IMG/VR virus record: IMGVR_UViG_3300037722_000745
Location: 96,001 to 160,000 of that record
Reading direction: 5' to 3' (one strand)
Length of the DNA: 64,000 bases
Source: a virus
Taxonomy: Duplodnaviria > Caudoviricetes
This document shows, one piece after another, positions 50,668-60,705 of the stretch. The position numbers were made by a program, and so were the translations under genes. The notes under the pieces were generated by a model. It did no database searches, was not told the DNA's origin, and worked only from the letters and a program-made list of their open reading frames with translations. The first letter of the stretch is position 1. Every line of letters begins with the position of its first letter.

Positions 50668-53565
50668 TCAGTTGTAGGCTAGCAAGATGCCATAATACTC
50701 AACTGTGAGACCGATCCCCTTATGGTCCACAAAAACCCCTCCAAAGTCTCCAGCGCCTAACGAACCCAGCAACGGGGCCAGATCGATGGCCGTGAGAACA
50801 TTGACCACCAAACTGTACGTCGCCGCGGTATCTACTGCAGTGTTCAGATTGGGAGATTCCCCCACTCCAGCATAATTGACTGTGAGATCGATGTCCGCAG
50901 CCGCACTGCTTCCGTTCGGAACCCCTAGTAACTGCGCACTCGAAAGAGACAGGAAATCCGGAGGGACCCAGAAGTCGAATCTCTGCGACCCAGTGGATCC
51001 TATCGATCTAGTCCTCATGTTGTTGAAATTCGAGTTAGGTTCCACCCAAACCATGTGGTACTTCGTAGCCGAAGATCCAACAAGGGAGGTTCCCGATCGG
51101 CGCAAAAGACTCCCGTCTGGAATCGAACCCAGAGTCAGGACCGTCGGACCTCCTGACTCCCGAATTCCACGCACCTGAGACGATTGCAAGGCTGAGCTTC
51201 CATCCAACCCCGCATACCCACTAGCAACGTTCTTCTCATTTCTAAGTTGGTACTGTGGGTGATCATCATCCCCTAACCCGCCCAGAAACCCGTGGTCTCC
51301 ACCAAGGCCCGCACTGAACCCAGATGCTAGCTGTCCAGAGAAGGGGCGCTCATCCACAATCGAAGTGATGACCCCACTACCCTGCTGTGAAACCACCCCA
51401 GAACTGATTAGAGAGTACTGCTTCAGAGCGTCTGGGGGGAACGGTCGAGGGGACGCTTCGGCGGTCGACTGATCCGAATGCGTCTCTTGAGCGTACAGAA
51501 CATGGAACTCAACACCCGCCCCGTCATCATTCGCTGTGATGTAGAGAGCATCTTTCTTCCATTCCCCCGCTGGGACCGGAACTAAGGATCCCGACCCATC
51601 GTCATAGTTGTCTGGGTCTATTTGGACCACTCCCGGCACAAGAGTGTGGCCCCCAGATCCATCACGGTACCAATACGCCCACGTTGCAGCTACAACAGAA
51701 ACAGTAGTGTGTCGATCCTCAGCTTGGTAAAAGATACTCGCATCAACGTCTAACCGTAACGCGTCGCCACCGTTGACGGTGGCCGTTCCCCCAGAAACGG
51801 TTAACGGTCCTACCGCCTCACGAAGATAGGTGTGGATCCTGGCTCCAGTGTTCCCAGCCACAACCTTGTGCGCACTGAGATACACGACATCTGTGGCGTT
51901 GGTCCTAACTACAGCAAGAACCAACGTCTGAGAGGAACTTGTATGAGTAGCACTGCGATTAAGGGTCCCGGAGCTGTCTATGTAGATGAAGCTCACAGAG
52001 TTCGCCGGCAATACAATCGAACCGCCGGCATACACGATACGAGCCGTCTCTCCACCCGATAGGATAAACCCAGAGCCCGCAGCAACATCTACGGTGAGAC
52101 CCGAGTCACGCGTCACCTGGAGACCGTCAGCAATCCCTCGGGCTAACGAAATCGGAAGAGCAAACAGACCATCAGCAGATAGCGGTAGCAGCCCCTCTAA
52201 GCTGATCAGGATCTCGCCATCCGAAACCGAAGTGCGAAGCACACTACCAATTAGCTGCACCTCCCCTGTGAAAGGATCAACATCAGGAGGAGGGCGACTG
52301 AAGGAACCCGAATTACCTAACACTAACTGGTCAGTGATCGAGTACGTCGAGGTGTCTACGCCTGTGAGCACCCCTGCAACCAACCCCAAAGCTGTAGTTG
52401 CGTCGGGAAGATTCCCTTCCAACACAGCCACCGCAGGCCGTAAGGCTTGGCTGTCTTTGTCCGCAGCCGCTACCGTATATGCTTGCTCTGAAGCACTGAA
52501 ACCGGTCGAAACAACTAGCGTCCCTTTCGACAGTAAACCACCGGTCTCATTGCGGACTCGAATCCTAAGGAACCCCAATAACTGCGGCACCCGGGGACTC
52601 ACATGAATAGCCCCAGTCACGGCGTCTGAAAAGATAATGTGCCCAATACGTGTGGTGTAATCGGGTGCAGATGGAGCTGTAGTGGTAAACAAACCAGGAG
52701 TAGTGGCGGACAAAAACACTACAGCACCGCTCGCGAAACTCGAGGTGTCCAAGCCTCTCACGGTCCCGTGGCTACACACGTAACCAGTGGTGCCAGACTC
52801 GATGTCATGAGTCACTACGCCAAGGACCTGAGCCGTTGTCTCGTCCGAAGCTATCGCATACGCAACTGTAGGGAGGCCCGTACCAACGTCAGCACCGGAC
52901 ACGTAGACTGTACGGCCATCTAGTAAAGTAGAGCCAGTGTTGTTGTACACACGGACCCACAGCTCTCGACCCACCTGAAGGGTGGAGTCCAACTCATCGT
53001 TGTAGAAACCCATACACTTGTTGTCATCGTCGTAAAACAGTCTCCCTTCCACATGCGACGGATTCCCCAATCCGGTCTGAAGGTCCACTCCATCCAAGGT
53101 CGGACGAGAAGTCCAATTCGAAGTACCCAAAGACTCCGTTGCCAACACCTGGCCAGCAGGTTCACCGTCTGCATCCAACTTGCTCTTATCCCCACCGGAC
53201 ATGAAACCGGAGGTTGCCGAAGTGGCCTCCGCGTGCAACGTACCCCCGCTCTGATCTCCGTGGGGATGGACGTGATCCGCTCGAGACGCTTGAATGCTCA
53301 CACCAGAAGCCGCTGATCCTAACGGACTTGGATCAACATCGGACAGGTCAATCGCAGCATTCCCAACATCCACCCAAATGACGCTGGGAGTGATCTGTAA
53401 CAACCAATAAAGGTTGTTGGTGTCTGATTGAAGAGCGAACTTGTAGAGGTCATCAGGGTCTACAAGACCGGTATCGTTCAGACGGTCCGCTTCTGTTGGA
53501 TACGTAAACGAGATCGGAGTATGAATTCCATCCGCTGGTCTCTGTTTGCTATGGCTACCAGACAT
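50668..53565 (-). CDS. Long fibre-like virion protein
   Basis: About 965 aa. Repeated fibre domains (VRVYNNTGSTL...; IRVRNETGGLL...) and a DHGxLxGLGDDDHPQY motif. Start placed at MSGSHSK. Confidence 0.65.
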   Translation of the reverse strand: MSGSHSKQRPADGIHTPISFTYPTEADRLNDTGLVDPDDLYKFALQSDTNNLYWLLQITPSVIWVDVGNAAIDLSDVDPSPLGSAASGVSIQASRADHVHPHGDQSGGTLHAEATSATSGFMSGGDKSKLDADGEPAGQVLATESLGTSNWTSRPTLDGVDLQTGLGNPSHVEGRLFYDDDNKCMGFYNDELDSTLQVGRELWVRVYNNTGSTLLDGRTVYVSGADVGTGLPTVAYAIASDETTAQVLGVVTHDIESGTTGYVCSHGTVRGLDTSSFASGAVVFLSATTPGLFTTTAPSAPDYTTRIGHIIFSDAVTGAIHVSPRVPQLLGFLRIRVRNETGGLLSKGTLVVSTGFSASEQAYTVAAADKDSQALRPAVAVLEGNLPDATTALGLVAGVLTGVDTSTYSITDQLVLGNSGSFSRPPPDVDPFTGEVQLIGSVLRTSVSDGEILISLEGLLPLSADGLFALPISLARGIADGLQVTRDSGLTVDVAAGSGFILSGGETARIVYAGGSIVLPANSVSFIYIDSSGTLNRSATHTSSSQTLVLAVVRTNATDVVYLSAHKVVAGNTGARIHTYLREAVGPLTVSGGTATVNGGDALRLDVDASIFYQAEDRHTTVSVVAATWAYWYRDGSGGHTLVPGVVQIDPDNYDDGSGSLVPVPAGEWKKDALYITANDDGAGVEFHVLYAQETHSDQSTAEASPRPFPPDALKQYSLISSGVVSQQGSGVITSIVDERPFSGQLASGFSAGLGGDHGFLGGLGDDDHPQYQLRNEKNVASGYAGLDGSSALQSSQVRGIRESGGPTVLTLGSIPDGSLLRRSGTSLVGSSATKYHMVWVEPNSNFNNMRTRSIGSTGSQRFDFWVPPDFLSLSSAQLLGVPNGSSAAADIDLTVNYAGVGESPNLNTAVDTAATYSLVVNVLTAIDLAPLLGSLGAGDFGGVFVDHKGIGLTVEYYGILLAYN

Positions 53566-53613
53566 ACTTCCCCCGCCCATCCCAAGGGTTGATCAAGCGC
53601 AACCGAGATCGGC

Positions 53614-53973
53614 CTACCCTTTGAATACGATCTCGCCGTTATCGTTGACGAGAATGGAATCCCCGATCAACGGCACTACACTCTGGTACGACACTCCATC
53701 TTCGGAGTAGAGAAGAGAACCTGGCTCGGAAGGCGTGAGCAACGTGTCCAAACCACGTAGCGACGGGATCCCAGTCGCTACGAAGTCCTCGTACCAATGC
53801 TCAGTGCTAACCTCCCCAAAAATGATCTGTCGGATACGGCTAAGGACATAGATCTGAAACTGTTCCTGAGTCCCCGACGAGACTATCGCATTCGCAATAG
53901 CCGAAGACCCCTGCTGATCATCGAGATCATCAGCACGTCGAATGCTGTTGTAGCGTTTGAGGGTTGGGGACAT
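53614..53973 (-). CDS. Hypothetical protein
   Basis: 119-aa ORF in the operon. Confidence 0.55.
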   Translation of the reverse strand: MSPTLKRYNSIRRADDLDDQQGSSAIANAIVSSGTQEQFQIYVLSRIRQIIFGEVSTEHWYEDFVATGIPSLRGLDTLLTPSEPGSLLYSEDGVSYQSVVPLIGDSILVNDNGEIVFKG

Positions 53974-53983
53974 ACTGACCCAT

Positions 53984-54307
53984 TCAGGGGGTTACAATAT
54001 AGTCAGCGAAAAGACGATCATTGGACACAGGAGGAGGAACCAGCAGAAACACAGTGTCGTAACCTGTCCCTGCTCCACCGGATTCCACCACCACGTAGTC
54101 TTCCAACAACGTCAAACGGCTGCCGTTGTAGTAGACAGCGATTCCTATGAAGGGAAGGTTGTGCACAAACAACTCCCCTCCAGGAGTCGTGTACGTGACG
54201 TTCACCCCATCCTTCGCGCCTATGAGATGCTGGCCAACCCGAAACCGATCGTTCGCAATAAAGAATTGCGCAGCTAGCTGCAGGGAGAACGGATTGACGA
54301 GGTACAC
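53984..54307 (-). CDS. Small beta-sandwich virion protein
   Basis: 107 aa; GAKDGVNVTYTT...VYYNGSRL...DY pattern. Confidence 0.55.
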   Translation of the reverse strand: MYLVNPFSLQLAAQFFIANDRFRVGQHLIGAKDGVNVTYTTPGGELFVHNLPFIGIAVYYNGSRLTLLEDYVVVESGGAGTGYDTVFLLVPPPVSNDRLFADYIVTP

Positions 54308-54315
54308 ACGCGAAC

Positions 54316-55212
54316 CTAGCGAGGAAAGCAGAGTGTCATGTTGAGACTGAAGTCGACCGTGCCCCCACTACCCAAAAGGTAGATGGTGCCCACAGCACCA
54401 TTGAACCCTACGTACTGATCACTTTCTGGGAGCACGAAGTGGTACGGGCCTCCAGACTCTGTACCAACGAGTAGATTCGTGGCGTTATCCGTGTTGACGA
54501 AGTTCAAGTTCTCCATGAGTGTGGGGAAATCCAACCGCAACTCGGTCGCAGGAGCTGTCCCGGAAACAACGAGCGTGATGAGTCCGTGCCTCAAGAAGTC
54601 CGGCAGGATTAGCGTTGGGGCTGTAGGGTCCCCCAACGGGGAGCCGGCTGCCAGAGGTTGCAACTGAAGCCAAAAGCTCTTGCTGTCGTCCAGATTCGAC
54701 AGAGCTTCACTCCACACGATCGAACCATCGTTCGCATCGGGTGAGGCCCCATTGGCGTTCTCCACATCCACACTGGTTGCGGAATTGAATGTCACGATCA
54801 AGAAAGTGCCATTGTTACCCGCCGTATCTGCTCCGGAGATCGTCAAGTAGTGCCCAACAGAGGCAGCGGTCATCCCCGTCAGACCCGTGATCGTGGCGAC
54901 ACCCGCGCCGAAAGCCCCCACTGAGGCAGCCGCTCCCGATTGTCCGGTAATGGGTTGTGCAAACGAAGTCGGGTCAAAAACGATCCTAGCCCTGTCCGAA
55001 GAGGGTTGGACGTCTAAGGTTGCTTGGTTCACGTTGGGATCCAAGTACCCATTCAAGCCAGCATCGATGATCGTCGAGAAGACAGACGTATCGAAGTTCG
55101 GAGCCACCAAAATCCGATACCCGTCTTGCGTGGGTCCTCCCGATCGTCTGGTAGCGTAGAGATCGACCACATGGGGACGCCTACGGACAACAGAAAAGAT
55201 TCGATCACTCAT
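54316..55212 (-). CDS. Virion protein with an inserted beta domain
   Basis: 298 aa; ATITGLTGM...LTISGA...NNGTFLI segment. Confidence 0.55.
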   Translation of the reverse strand: MSDRIFSVVRRRPHVVDLYATRRSGGPTQDGYRILVAPNFDTSVFSTIIDAGLNGYLDPNVNQATLDVQPSSDRARIVFDPTSFAQPITGQSGAAASVGAFGAGVATITGLTGMTAASVGHYLTISGADTAGNNGTFLIVTFNSATSVDVENANGASPDANDGSIVWSEALSNLDDSKSFWLQLQPLAAGSPLGDPTAPTLILPDFLRHGLITLVVSGTAPATELRLDFPTLMENLNFVNTDNATNLLVGTESGGPYHFVLPESDQYVGFNGAVGTIYLLGSGGTVDFSLNMTLCFPR

Positions 55213-55232
55213 GGGCCTTCATCCTATCCGAA

Positions 55233-55679
55233 CTAGGAGCCAGATATCTGGCGATCGTACGTTTTCGCGCTCTTGGCTGCCGCATCCGCCGCAACCTTAC
55301 TGCCATGCTCTCTCTTCACCTTGTCATAGGTAGACTGGTACGCAGCGTCCTTGGCCTCCTCCCAAGTAGACGTAGTCTGGCCCTGGAAGTTTGGTTGTAG
55401 CCGGTTAGGTCGGACATGGTCCCGCTCACGTTGAGCCATAGTCTCGCAGCGCCGCTTCCGATAGGCGTTCTCTCTCAGTGCCTTCGAAACAAACCCGCCG
55501 GACTCCCCGTCCTTAAGGACGAACGAAACCTCAGACGGGTCAAAGACAAGCTCCACCTGACCCCCGCAAGCACAATCTAGCCGGAGCTGATCCTCTTTCG
55601 CCAGATCATACTGCGCGAACGTCAGCTTACGGTCAGCACATCTACCGCAACCTCGACACTGGGTGTTGTATACAGGCAT
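55233..55679 (-). CDS. FmdB-like zinc-ribbon protein (second copy)
   Basis: MPVYNTQCRGC...CACG. Confidence 0.65.
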   Translation of the reverse strand: MPVYNTQCRGCGRCADRKLTFAQYDLAKEDQLRLDCACGGQVELVFDPSEVSFVLKDGESGGFVSKALRENAYRKRRCETMAQRERDHVRPNRLQPNFQGQTTSTWEEAKDAAYQSTYDKVKREHGSKVAADAAAKSAKTYDRQISGS

Positions 55680-55697
55680 ATTTTCGGATCCGATCTG

Positions 55698-56537
55698 TTA
55701 TCTAGCCACGTCCCACGTCTTCGTGTGCGCAAGAACCGCCGCCACATGCTTACACACTCGGTTGACTCCCGAGGGGTCCCGGATGATTGGAAAGCTCGCT
55801 GTTCCGCGGGGCTTTCCGTCCAAGTACTCCTCTTCCTGTGACCAGTGCTCTGGTCCCTGCCACCGCCAGGCCGGACACGAGCACTTGATGTCTAAGTCCA
55901 TCTTGGAGAACTTCGTGATGTTCCCCGTGCGAAACGCCTTGATCTTGACAACCTTGGCTCCGTTGCCACAGTCGACCGAAAAGATCCACCGCAGGTTCTT
56001 CCGGTCAACTCTAGATACACCCACCGAACACCGAGAGGCTCGGTCCACGTACTTTGGGTTGAGACCCTCCACGATAGAGTCCACCCGCAGGGCAACCCGC
56101 ATACCTGTCCGAAGACGTAACGTCGGAGCCGTGTCGGACAACCAAGACGCCACGACGTAGGCCGACTTCTCGTTTGGGATGTCATTCCGGTAAGGGTACT
56201 TGGTCTTTGGACTGTTGTACGGTGTGCCCTTGCCCCAAGTACCGATCCCATCATGCTTGTCGGCGTTGTCTTCGTTGACCTCGTTACGGTCACCCTTGCC
56301 TAGAAGGTCGTCGGGGTTGTCCACTCGATAGATCGACTTGTCCTTGGGTTTGTCGAACTCCCGAGTGTCGTCAAGCGGCTTCGTGAACGTCTGTGTCCCA
56401 GGGATGCCTGAGTCCAGAGGCACCCCCCTCCCAGCAGGACCGCCCTCTGGAAGCCCTGACTCCGCGACTGTACGCTCCCGTTGGCCGTAGGAAGGACGGG
56501 TTACTAAGGGTTGCGTCAGTGCGGATGCCTTCCTCAC
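55698..56537 (-). CDS. Protein with a C-terminal SWIM-type zinc finger
   Basis: CSCPAW...VCKHVAAVL fits the CxC-x(n)-CxH pattern. Confidence 0.65.
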   Translation of the reverse strand: MRKASALTQPLVTRPSYGQRERTVAESGLPEGGPAGRGVPLDSGIPGTQTFTKPLDDTREFDKPKDKSIYRVDNPDDLLGKGDRNEVNEDNADKHDGIGTWGKGTPYNSPKTKYPYRNDIPNEKSAYVVASWLSDTAPTLRLRTGMRVALRVDSIVEGLNPKYVDRASRCSVGVSRVDRKNLRWIFSVDCGNGAKVVKIKAFRTGNITKFSKMDLDIKCSCPAWRWQGPEHWSQEEEYLDGKPRGTASFPIIRDPSGVNRVCKHVAAVLAHTKTWDVAR

Positions 56538-56848
56538 GTGCGCTTCTTGGCCGCGGTTTTGCTCTGGCTAGACACACCACCCCACCAGTAGGCGAACTCC
56601 CAAAGAGCCACCGCCATGTTCTCCATGTGGACTGATGGGACACCCAACGAGTTAGGACGGGTCCGCATGGCTGTTTTCCCAGACTCCAGCAGCTCCTTGA
56701 AGGCGTTCTCCAGCTCCTCCCGAGCCTCGGGGTCACCCGCCTCTTGGCCGGCGAAGTACGCCTTCTTCATGGCCTCGATGATAGGGCGTTCCATGGTGGC
56801 TCGCTTGGATTGGGCCTCGGCTGTCTTCCAACGCTCATCCATGATCAA
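56534..56848 (-). CDS. Hypothetical protein
   Basis: 104 aa; overlaps neighbours by 4 nt at both ends. Confidence 0.6.
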   Translation of the reverse strand: MIMDERWKTAEAQSKRATMERPIIEAMKKAYFAGQEAGDPEAREELENAFKELLESGKTAMRTRPNSLGVPSVHMENMAVALWEFAYWWGGVSSQSKTAAKKRT

Positions 56849-58437
56849 TTTGCCTTCCAGGGATCGTTGGCCTCAGCCGCCTTGAACTTGTCCTTGTTCT
56901 TCTCGTGCTCGGTCTTCCACTTCTCAGCGTCGGCCTCGCTCATGTTCTGAGTGGGATCCGCCGGCTTGCCTTCCTCGAAGCGGGATTCCTTCGTGTCATC
57001 CTCGCTTGTCTTCGTCCCCGCCGCCTTGAACTTGTCCTCGTACTTGTCCGTGTTGGCCTCCCACTCCTTGGCCTCTTCCGGACTCATGTTCTTCGTCGGA
57101 TCGGCAGGCTTACCCTCCTCGAAGCGAGATTCCTTCTTGTCGTCCGAAGCGTCCGCAGCCGTACGGTCGATACGCTCCATGTCCGGAGTCACCCTCTTCG
57201 CATCCCGAGCCAGAACTTCCAGGTCATTGGCAACACGACCCATCGCCCAATCAAGGTCTTGCGTCGACTTCTTTAAAGTTTCAGCCCGAGTAATAACAGC
57301 GTCCGGCATACCCGCCAGGGGGCCAATACGCGCGACATACCCCGTCAGAGCATCCCCGATCGCCGTGTGGGCTTGACGGTTCTCACCACGGCACGTGTAG
57401 AGATTGTCCGCCGCAGCTTCCATCGCCGTGGTGAAATCATCGAGAGAGACACCGGAGCCGTGCGGACGATTGCGGATCTTGATGTCCTTGAGACTAGCCG
57501 CCTCAACCGTCATCGTGGCGCCTAGAATTCGACGCAACGTGGATGCCAGCGTCAACCGACTCGGGCGATCCTTAGGGTCAGGCTCATCGACGAGCCCTGC
57601 CGCCAAATGTCGAAGAACCTCTGCAATCTCCTTGGACCCCTCGGAAGCTGTCCTCGGCTGACCCCGCTCAAGATGGGAGATGAGATCAGTAAGATCACCG
57701 GTGTCCACTTGGCCCGTGGCTTCAACATGGGCTGCCAAACGCTCCAAACGAGCCGCAGCTTCCGTGGTGTTCATTGCCTTCTCCGTAGCTTGCTTGAGGA
57801 TCCCGCGCTTGGTATCCGCATACCACGACCCCATCTCCTCTTCGACAAGATCGACCCACTCCTCCATCGAAAGGTCGTCCGGCTTGGTGGACTCCATCTT
57901 CCCACTGTACCGGGTACGATTCCCAGCTCGCATCCTAGCTAACTCGACCATCGTGTCAGCCACAGCCTGCTCAAGGGCGTCCACCGTCTCGCCCTGAAGC
58001 TGCGGTAAAAACAACGAACGGAAGATGCTCAGAGCCCTGGGACCCAGAATGCTCAGACTGCGAGCCAGCTTGTGATTGGATCGACGTCGAACACGCCGAA
58101 TGCGGACTTCTTCTAAAGCTTTTTCCAATTCCTCTACCTTCTCTGGCCGGAGTTCGTCTTTGATCTCTTCGTAGTCAAGCTTGGACGCCGCCAGCGCCGC
58201 AGCACTGAGCGCCTTATCCATCCTCAACAAAGTATCAGGGATCCCGTGGATCAGATGACCCGCGACCTCGAAAAAATGATCCCTAGCACCAGACTTGTCG
58301 ATGAGACTCGTCGCCTCATCAAGATACTTCTTGAGTTGAGCGCAACGAACCCGGGCATCTCCAAGCTCCTCAAGCAGAAAAACTGAGATGCCGCTGGCTT
58401 TAAGCCCACGAGGATGACGGTGAAGGCAAGAGTCCAC
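56845..58437 (-). CDS. Helical protein with C-terminal tandem repeats, probable internal head protein
   Basis: 530 aa; GGAG RBS; two copies of ESRFEEGKPADPTxNMS...DKFKAA. Confidence 0.65.
   Translation of the reverse strand: MDSCLHRHPRGLKASGISVFLLEELGDARVRCAQLKKYLDEATSLIDKSGARDHFFEVAGHLIHGIPDTLLRMDKALSAAALAASKLDYEEIKDELRPEKVEELEKALEEVRIRRVRRRSNHKLARSLSILGPRALSIFRSLFLPQLQGETVDALEQAVADTMVELARMRAGNRTRYSGKMESTKPDDLSMEEWVDLVEEEMGSWYADTKRGILKQATEKAMNTTEAAARLERLAAHVEATGQVDTGDLTDLISHLERGQPRTASEGSKEIAEVLRHLAAGLVDEPDPKDRPSRLTLASTLRRILGATMTVEAASLKDIKIRNRPHGSGVSLDDFTTAMEAAADNLYTCRGENRQAHTAIGDALTGYVARIGPLAGMPDAVITRAETLKKSTQDLDWAMGRVANDLEVLARDAKRVTPDMERIDRTAADASDDKKESRFEEGKPADPTKNMSPEEAKEWEANTDKYEDKFKAAGTKTSEDDTKESRFEEGKPADPTQNMSEADAEKWKTEHEKNKDKFKAAEANDPWKAN
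56876..57145. repeat. 144-nt period (48-aa) coding tandem duplication
   Basis: gccgccttgaacttgtcct at 56876 and 57020. Confidence 0.85.
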
Positions 58438-58504
58438 AGAAAGGCTCCCTGACGGAGCCTTTCAGCCCCGTGCAATAAACGGGGCCCACAAGAGGAAACC
58501 CAAC

Positions 58505-59581
58505 TCAGACCCTGAAGGTCGTTGGGAACTCCTCGAGAAGCTTAACCTTGAACTCGTCCGTCTCCGCTGCGAATACCGCTCTGAGAACATCCGGACGATC
58601 TTCAAAGTCGGCCTGAAGGCGTGCCATCTTCTTCCTCTCAGATGCCGAAAAATCATAGTTATCCGGGAACTCCGGACACAACATCCGAGCAATGTGGAGG
58701 CGTGTCTCAGAAGTCCCATCAGAAGCAACCTTACCTCTCTCAGTTACCTCTCGAGGATGAGGATCTGTCGTTCTCTCCGGACCATTCGTGGTACGGAAGG
58801 TGATTCCCCCCTCTTCCACCACACTCTCTTTAGCCTTCCCCCCAGTACCACCAAGATCGACGGTCTCTACCCCACCACCCACTGCTTGAGTGAGAGTCAG
58901 GCCCTCGGCCTCTTTAGAGCCAACAGACTCTACACGACCTACAACAGGTGGACCGGGCTCCGTGTCTACGTACTGGGACCTCAGTACTTGTTTCTTAGTG
59001 AAATATGCGACCCGATCTTCATCGGACATCCTTGACAGAACAGCCTCTTCCGAAAGACCTTGACCGGCCTCGATTTGCACGTCTTGCGTCGAAGATAATG
59101 TCCTGGACACAGATTCAGCCGTAACTGAACTGCTGGTCTTAGCAGCCGTCTTGAACGTTCGGCCCACCACCACTCCGTCTTGGGGTTCAACCTCTTGACG
59201 CCTGGCCTTCGGAGCCTCCCCCCCTTTAGCTGAATACCGAAATGTGCCCGGGGCTGAGACTTCTTGCTCGTCCGGCTCAGAAGATTCCCCCATCTCCTGT
59301 GGAGGAGCCTTACCCTCAACCGCAGACCGTACCGATATCTTAGCCCGTGCAGGCCGATCGTACACCTGGCCCTCGAGATAGTTCTCGGCAAGGATGACCC
59401 ACCCCGTCTTCACCGCCGCTCGAAGCTGAGGGAATGCGTAGGAAGACCCACTATACTTCACAGTTGAACCATCAAACTCCAGCTCACTGCCCTTAACCAC
59501 ACTCACATCCGTGGTGCCGAGAGCAAAAGTTCGGGTCGCAACGAAGTTCAGAAAATCCCCGGTCTTGTATTTGATTTCCAT
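58505..59581 (-). CDS. Hypothetical protein
   Basis: 358 aa from MEIKYK (GGAG RBS). Confidence 0.65.
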   Translation of the reverse strand: MEIKYKTGDFLNFVATRTFALGTTDVSVVKGSELEFDGSTVKYSGSSYAFPQLRAAVKTGWVILAENYLEGQVYDRPARAKISVRSAVEGKAPPQEMGESSEPDEQEVSAPGTFRYSAKGGEAPKARRQEVEPQDGVVVGRTFKTAAKTSSSVTAESVSRTLSSTQDVQIEAGQGLSEEAVLSRMSDEDRVAYFTKKQVLRSQYVDTEPGPPVVGRVESVGSKEAEGLTLTQAVGGGVETVDLGGTGGKAKESVVEEGGITFRTTNGPERTTDPHPREVTERGKVASDGTSETRLHIARMLCPEFPDNYDFSASERKKMARLQADFEDRPDVLRAVFAAETDEFKVKLLEEFPTTFRV

Positions 59582-59626
59582 GTGTGATCTCCATATAGAG
59601 GGCAAGAGCACCCCCTTATGAAAAAC

Positions 59627-59639
59627 CACAAAAGGACTA
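59627..59639 (-). promoter_or_regulatory. Putative late promoter TAGTCCTTTTGTG
   Basis: Its first triplet is the stop codon of the ung remnant; about 46 nt upstream of the next start. Confidence 0.45.
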
Positions 59640-60090
59640 AAGGACTGTGTCAGGTAGACCCCAGTAGATAGGCTTGTGACCGTAGACTTCGAGGGCGGAG
59701 TTGACCTTCGAGAACGGCTTGCTTCCGAAGAAGCCGTTGCAGGCGCTACGAGGGCTCGGATGTGCCGACTCGAGGATCGTGTTCCTCTCAGTGTCGATCA
59801 GAGCAGCCTTGCTGCGGGCGTATTGACCCCAGAGCACGAAGACTATCGGCTTATCCCGATCGCTGAGGAGCTTGATCACGGCATCCGTGAAGGTCTCCCA
59901 GCCTTGCCCCCTATGGGATCCAGCCTCGTGGGCCCGCACTGTCAAGACCGAATTGCTTGGCCCACCCGATGAGGTTGCCGTCGAGGTGTGAACGCTGCAC
60001 CCCAAGGTCGTCAAGCAGCTCCTTGTGGATGTTCCTCAGGCTGGGCGGGGCCATCACTCCGTCCGGCACCGAGAAGCTCAATCCATGGGC
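59637..60090 (-). pseudogene. ung: Uracil-DNA glycosylase (family 1) remnant: N-terminus deleted, internal frameshift
   Basis: [25 protein letters not shown]...GWAKQ, then a frame change near 59953, then [13 protein letters not shown]...VFVLWG...SAHPSP. The catalytic GQDPY motif is absent. Confidence 0.9.
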
Positions 60091-60486
60091 CCCCAGCATG
60101 ACCCCAATGCAGGCTTCTTTTTGCTCCAGAGTCAATTCCACACGAGATGTGGATCGTTCCGTTTTGGATATCGAACGGATTCCAAATTTCTTCAGTCTAG
60201 ATCTGACAGTTGGTTTACTGACACCGAATTTCTTGGCTATGGCCTGCTGGCCCATAGACGAGTACATGGAGGCCAAATTGGCTGGAGTGAGCGTGTCAAA
60301 TTCAAGACAACCCGTTTCGTGGCCCAGCCTGGCAAGCTGACTCTTTGTCTCAATCCCTGCTTTACGCCTCCACTTCGATACGGAAACATCTGAGACACCG
60401 TGCATCTGGGCTATCTCTTTATCCGTAAGATTACGTTCAACGTAGAGGGTGCGCAGTGTCTCCGTGGGGATCTCTTTAGAGGCCAT
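60091..60486 (-). pseudogene. HTH-HTH-LAGLIDADG homing endonuclease remnant fused in frame to ung
   Basis: Two HTH repeats, then [15 protein letters not shown], cut off where the LAGLIDADG helix should continue with DG. Confidence 0.7.
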
Positions 60487-60630
60487 AGGGATGCTACCTA
60501 GCTACCACGCTTACGAGGGTACCACTAGAAAGTTGCCATAAAAAACACACTATCGGTAAATCAAACTACCTACGAAGCCAAGCAACGTACCGCAGGAACC
60601 AACCAGACACTACACCTCTCCTGCGAGATT

Positions 60631-60669
60631 AAAAAGCAAAAGGCCGACCCAGTCTCCCAGGTCGGCCTT
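60631..60669 (-). terminator. Intrinsic terminator after the major capsid gene
   Basis: 10-bp stem aaggccgacc/ggtcggcctt followed on the minus strand by TTGCTTTTT. Confidence 0.8.
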
Positions 60670-60705
60670 CGCCTTGGTTTCTCTAGGCTGTACGCCTAGT
60701 TACGC

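Noticed and set aside
41455-53565. Diversity-generating retroelement acting on fibre genes
   Set aside because: No reverse transcriptase, and no near-identical template/variable repeat pair differing at adenines, was seen.
60487-60705. tRNA or other known ncRNA in the larger intergenic gaps
   Set aside because: No cloverleaf or T-loop consensus was found here or in 13978-14143, 30156-30329 or 50521-50667.
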